Positions 59,869 through 64,000 of a stretch of 64,000 nucleotides of DNA are shown here, in pieces. The stretch's first letter is position 1, and every line of letters starts with the position of its first letter. The stretch lies in assembly GCA_019239875.1 (NCBI GenBank), contig JAFAZI010000031.1, positions 9,233 to 73,232 on the forward strand, in the 5' to 3' direction. A program made the translations under genes and the position numbers. The notes beneath the pieces are model-generated. The model was not told the origin of the DNA. It saw only the letters and a list, made by a program, of their open reading frames with translations, and ran no database searches. The stretch is from Frankiaceae bacterium (GTDB lineage: Bacteria > Actinomycetota > Actinomycetes > JAFAQI01).

Positions 59869-60428
59869 GACGTCATCCCGCCGAGGCCGACCAGCGCCCG
59901 GGCATGCTCGATCTCACCCATGTGGCGGAGACCGTGCTGATAGACCCAGCATTCGAGCGCATCGAGTCTGGTGAGTCCGGCCTCGCCGGCAACTCGCGCG
60001 CTGTAGGTGTTGGCGACCATGTCGGGCAGCGGGCGAGGGATGAGCAGGTCGGTGAGGCTCGTGGGATCGACGTCGGCCAGCCAGGTCTCAGTCTTCGTGA
60101 AGACGGCGGACATGTAGTTGGTAAACGCGTCGTAGTCGGTGATCCGCTGCGCCATCATCTCGCCGACGGTCCGCTCCTTGCCGTGGTCGTCGACCCCCGG
60201 TGCGATACGTGCCGCCCAGTCCGCGTCGTACACCGGCGCCGGTGCGCCACAGACGTGCGACGTGTCGTCCTCCATCCGGACCAGGTGGAACAGTGAGAAC
60301 GCGATCGGCAGCACGCCATCCCGCTCGACGTGGTTCACCTGCTCGACATCCATCGAGGCGACCGCGTCATGCCACAGCGAGTGCATCGCCGCCAGCCGAC
60401 GGCGCAGGCTGTCGAGGATCAGGTCCAT
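59865..60428 (-). CDS. DinB-family protein
   Basis: FHLVRMED and HGLRHMGEI His triad. Confidence 0.75.
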   Translation of the reverse strand: MDLILDSLRRRLAAMHSLWHDAVASMDVEQVNHVERDGVLPIAFSLFHLVRMEDDTSHVCGAPAPVYDADWAARIAPGVDDHGKERTVGEMMAQRITDYDAFTNYMSAVFTKTETWLADVDPTSLTDLLIPRPLPDMVANTYSARVAGEAGLTRLDALECWVYQHGLRHMGEIEHARALVGLGGMTS

Positions 60429-61054
60429 CAGGTTTCGCTTCCTCTCCGGCGTACGACGGCGACCGCGACAACGAGAACGACAACCGCACCACCGACGACC
60501 AGGACGCCGCGCCCGCTGAGGAACCGGCTCAGCGTGTCGAGGTGGCCTCCGGCCTGGTCGCCGATCGCGGCCCAGGCGATCGCCCAGACCAAGGCACCGA
60601 GGAGATTTGCCACGGCGAAGCGTCCGAACGGCATCTCGCTGACGCCTGCGACAAGTCCCGACCAACGGCGCAGGAAGGGCAGGAAGCGCGACACGAGCAC
60701 GATGATCACGCCTCGTCGGCGGTAGAAGTCCTCGGCGGAAGCGAGCCGTTCGTGGGTGATGCCGATCCTCGCGCCTTTCGCGACGATCAGCGGGTGCCCG
60801 GCACGGTCGCCGATGAGATAGCCGATCATGCTGCCGACCGCGGCGGCTGCGGTTGCGACCATGGCGACGGCGGTCAGGTCGAGATGTCCGTTGGCGGCGA
60901 AGACCGCTCCGACGACCATGGCGGCTTCCATCGGTACGACCGGTATTCCGATGTTGCCGAGCAGGATGGCTGCGCCGATCGCGAGGTAGCCGTGGTGGTC
61001 GATCAGCGGCGCGATGCTGCCGAAGATGCCGGGCAGGTCGTCGGAGGTCATCAT
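60428..61054 (-). CDS. DedA family membrane protein
   Basis: GIPVVPME, GSMIGYLIG, SRFLPFLR, AGVSEMPFGRFAVAN. Confidence 0.9.
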   Translation of the reverse strand: MMTSDDLPGIFGSIAPLIDHHGYLAIGAAILLGNIGIPVVPMEAAMVVGAVFAANGHLDLTAVAMVATAAAAVGSMIGYLIGDRAGHPLIVAKGARIGITHERLASAEDFYRRRGVIIVLVSRFLPFLRRWSGLVAGVSEMPFGRFAVANLLGALVWAIAWAAIGDQAGGHLDTLSRFLSGRGVLVVGGAVVVLVVAVAVVRRRGSET

Positions 61055-62178
61055 CAGATTGTCGGCGGTGGGCCGTGCCGTGGCGACCGGAAGCGGCCGA
61101 CGCCGAACTCGGGTGCGGTCCTCACGGGCGGTGGTTCGTTGGCCCAGGCGGCGCGCAGGACGCGGAGCGCGCTGACCGACGCGACGGCCGGATCCGTCGA
61201 AGAGAGCCATGTGGCGGCGACGACGAGCCCGACAAGCAGGGCGATCGCGGCCCACCGTGCCCGGTTGTCGTCGAGTGCGCTCACGTGAGTGGCACGGACC
61301 ACCGCCCGCGGCGCGGCGGTCTCGGCAACCGTGGGTTGGGCGCCGTTGTCCGACCCGCCGGACGATGTCGCGCCGAGCGGCGGCAGCCCGCCGCCGTTGT
61401 CGGTGCCCGAGCCGCCGCCACCGTTGGAGAGCGGGCCGTTGTTGCTGCGAGGCGTCGAGCTCGTCTGGTTGGACTTCGGTGTGGGTGGGCTCGTCGGTGG
61501 CGGCACCGGTGTCGAGAAGCTGAGCAGCTTCAACGTGCTCGGTCCCGGCCGGGTGAACACGAGGCGCTCGAGGCCGATGGTGCCGGGCAGGATGATGAAC
61601 GACAGCCGGCGGCCGTGCGTGAGCCGGCCGATGCTCGTGAACTCAATCGACTTCTTGTCGACGGCGAGCGCACCGATGACGCTGCGCCGTTTGCAGCTGT
61701 ACGAAGGAGCGGCCGACCCGACCTGCTGCGCGCCCGGCTTCCACTTGGACGTGGTCGGGCAGGCGATGGGGGAGACGCCACCGGGCAGGCGGCCCTGGGC
61801 GTTGGTCAGCGTTGTCGCGCTCAGGTCGAGCCGCAACGTGCCCGCTGATGTGCCCGTCGGGAGGAGGAAGGACATCGCGGTCAGCGCCGCGACGCGGTGT
61901 TCGACCGGGACGGTGACCGGCGGAGCGACCGGCAGCTGCCCGGCGTCAGCGGTGAGCCCGTCGACGACCAGGTCGTGCTTGCCGACGCCCGGTTGCGGCA
62001 GCCCGGGTGCGGCCTTGGTCTCGCGGGTGACGTCGTACCACGCCGTAGCCGTCGGTGCGATCGACGCAGCTGCCTGCTTGTCGGGTGCGGCATGTGCGGG
62101 AGCAACGGCAAGCGTCAGACCCGCGGCGGCGGTACCGAGGAGCAGCGCGGCGATCACCGCGCGGCGTGGCGTGATCAT
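61054..62178 (-). CDS. Exported protein with C-terminal TM anchor
   Basis: Signal peptide AHA-A, beta-rich domain with a Cys pair, P/G/S linker, TM helix, tail GVGRFRSPRHGPPPTI. Confidence 0.7.
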   Translation of the reverse strand: MITPRRAVIAALLLGTAAAGLTLAVAPAHAAPDKQAAASIAPTATAWYDVTRETKAAPGLPQPGVGKHDLVVDGLTADAGQLPVAPPVTVPVEHRVAALTAMSFLLPTGTSAGTLRLDLSATTLTNAQGRLPGGVSPIACPTTSKWKPGAQQVGSAAPSYSCKRRSVIGALAVDKKSIEFTSIGRLTHGRRLSFIILPGTIGLERLVFTRPGPSTLKLLSFSTPVPPPTSPPTPKSNQTSSTPRSNNGPLSNGGGGSGTDNGGGLPPLGATSSGGSDNGAQPTVAETAAPRAVVRATHVSALDDNRARWAAIALLVGLVVAATWLSSTDPAVASVSALRVLRAAWANEPPPVRTAPEFGVGRFRSPRHGPPPTI

Positions 62179-64000
62179 GCCGTCGCTCCGGTTGTGACCA
62201 GCCCGGAACGATTGACGGTCGCATCGTTCGTGCCGAGGTACGAGGCGACGACCTGCGGATCGCGCAGGACCTCGTCGGGGGTGCCTTCCGCGATGACGCG
62301 GCCCAGTTCGAGGGCGAGCAGTCGATCGCTGATCGAGCAGATCAACGGCATGTCGTGCTCGATGACGAGCAGGCCGCAGTTCGCCTCGTCGCGGATTCGC
62401 AGGAGCAGCGGACCGAGCGCCTCCGTCTCGCGCTGCGCGATCCCGCTGCTGGGCTCGTCGAGGAGCAACACGTCCGGGTCGTAGGCCAGGGCCATCGCGA
62501 TGTCGACCATCCGTCGGGTCCCGGTCGACAGCTCGCGGACCAGCTTGTCGCGGTAGTTGCCGAGGTTGAGCAGCTCGATCAGGTCCGAGACGGTCCACGC
62601 GATGTGTCGTTCGGCCTCACTGACGTCGGGGAGGCACAACGCAGCCGCTAGGTGGTCTCGGACCTCGAGGTGTCGTTCGAGGGAGACCGCGATGTTCTCG
62701 GCGACCGACAGGCTTGCGAAGATCCGGGCGTCCTGGAACGACCGGCCGAGGCCGAGGCGGCCACGTTGGTCCGGCGACGCAGCGGTGACGTCTCCGCCGT
62801 TGAACCACACCGATCCGTCGATCGGTTTGAGGAATCCGCTGATCAGATCGAAGACGGTGGTCTTGCCGGCACCGTTCGGGCCGATCAGGCCGAGGATCTC
62901 CTTGTTCTTGACGGTGAACGACACGCTGTCGACCGCTCGCACGCCGCCGAACGCAACGCCGAGGTTTGTCACTCGCAGCAGATCGGGGCGGTCCTCGGTG
63001 CGAGGCGATGGCTTCCGCTTTCGGGGAGCGGGCACCGGAGCCGGCGCGTCAGCGGCGGCGAGGAACACCGACCGGACGATGTCGTCTCGCTCCAGCAGCT
63101 CGGCGGTCGAGCCTTCGAACCTGACCTCGCCCTTCTCCATGAAGTACGCGCGGTCGGCGATCGTCAACGCGACGTTCAGCGACTGTTCGACCAGGATGAC
63201 GGTGGTGCCCTCGGCGTTCAGCTGGCGGACGACGTCGAGCAGGCGCTCCACGATCGTCGGGGCGAGGCCGAGTGACAGCTCGTCGATGATGAGCAGCTGC
63301 GGTCGTGCGATGAATGCCATGCCGACCGCGAGCTGCTGGGCCTCGCCACCTGAGAGGTTGCCCGCGAGGGTGTCCCACTTGGTCTTCAAGTGGGGGAACC
63401 ACTCGAGCACCTGCGCCTCTGCGGCGTCGGCGTCGGTTTGCTGATCGCGCGTGTGCGTCCACCGGGCGGCTCGAAAATGATCGGCGACCGTGATCGTCGG
63501 GAAGATTCCCTTCCCGCCAGGCACTTGAGCGATGCCGTCGCGGGCACGGGCAACCGCGTCGTGCTTGGCGATGTCGCGACCCGCAAAGTGGATCGTGCCG
63601 GCCGACGATGCGGTGAGCCCGCTGACGGCGCGCAGCAGGGTCGACTTTCCCGCACCGTTGGTGCCGAGGAGAGCGAGGATCTCGCCCTGTCGGACGTGCA
63701 TGTTGACGCCGAACAGCACCTGGACGCCGTCGTACCCGACGTCGAGGTTGCGACAGACCAGCAGGGCGTCATCGGGTGGATCGTCGGCGTGGCTGCGGCT
63801 GGATGATTCACCGGCCGAGTCCTCGGCCGATTCCTGCCGGTCGGCGACGAGGCTTGGCAGGTCGATGCCGTGTCGGTCGGCGACGACCGCGAGGAACCGG
63901 TCGCGGAGTCTCACGCCGGTGGAGGCGATGCCGCCAGGGAAGAACGCGAGAACGAGCAAGACGCCGGATGACAGCCCGAGCTCGTCGATGACACTGAGCA
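62175..64000 (-). CDS. Fused Liv-type ABC transporter (permease + two ATPase domains), 5' end outside the window
   Basis: Permease end FFPGGIA; GTNGAGKS/LSGGE/IIDELSLGLAP (LivF-like) followed by GPNGAGKT/LSTG/LLDEPSSG (LivG-like). Confidence 0.9.
   Translation of the reverse strand, partial: LSVIDELGLSSGVLLVLAFFPGGIASTGVRLRDRFLAVVADRHGIDLPSLVADRQESAEDSAGESSSRSHADDPPDDALLVCRNLDVGYDGVQVLFGVNMHVRQGEILALLGTNGAGKSTLLRAVSGLTASSAGTIHFAGRDIAKHDAVARARDGIAQVPGGKGIFPTITVADHFRAARWTHTRDQQTDADAAEAQVLEWFPHLKTKWDTLAGNLSGGEAQQLAVGMAFIARPQLLIIDELSLGLAPTIVERLLDVVRQLNAEGTTVILVEQSLNVALTIADRAYFMEKGEVRFEGSTAELLERDDIVRSVFLAAADAPAPVPAPRKRKPSPRTEDRPDLLRVTNLGVAFGGVRAVDSVSFTVKNKEILGLIGPNGAGKTTVFDLISGFLKPIDGSVWFNGGDVTAASPDQRGRLGLGRSFQDARIFASLSVAENIAVSLERHLEVRDHLAAALCLPDVSEAERHIAWTVSDLIELLNLGNYRDKLVRELSTGTRRMVDIAMALAYDPDVLLLDEPSSGIAQRETEALGPLLLRIRDEANCGLLVIEHDMPLICSISDRLLALELGRVIAEGTPDEVLRDPQVVASYLGTNDATVNRSGLVTTGATA

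Overview
High-GC, gene-dense chromosomal segment that looks actinobacterial (Rv3167c-3169-like cluster, F420-dependent LLM, MMPL, Ku, HAIR-like operator at lon, many leaderless TANNNT-N6-start genes). About 60 CDS, mostly regulators, lipid/xenobiotic enzymes, transporters and secreted proteins. I see no rRNA, tRNA, CRISPR array, prophage or intact IS. The main candidate for an undescribed system is a signalling locus at 22.1-30.5 kb. It contains a NarL-type regulator, a stand-alone receiver, a GAF/HisKA_3 kinase, a MacB/FtsX-type ABC exporter with an 18-codon scar of a deleted second permease, and a response regulator-class III nucleotide cyclase fusion that has Gln in place of the adenine-specifying Lys. 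A divergent cNMP-binding protein with an unrecognised N-terminal domain completes it. Other notable items are a structured ~100-bp tandem REP-like repeat, a sulfatase-DJ-1/PfpI fusion in an operon with an RNase Z-like hydrolase, 11-bp-phased repeats between a SARP/STAND regulator and a secreted protein, and a decayed DUF559 gene. All product calls come from motifs read by eye; no database searches were run.
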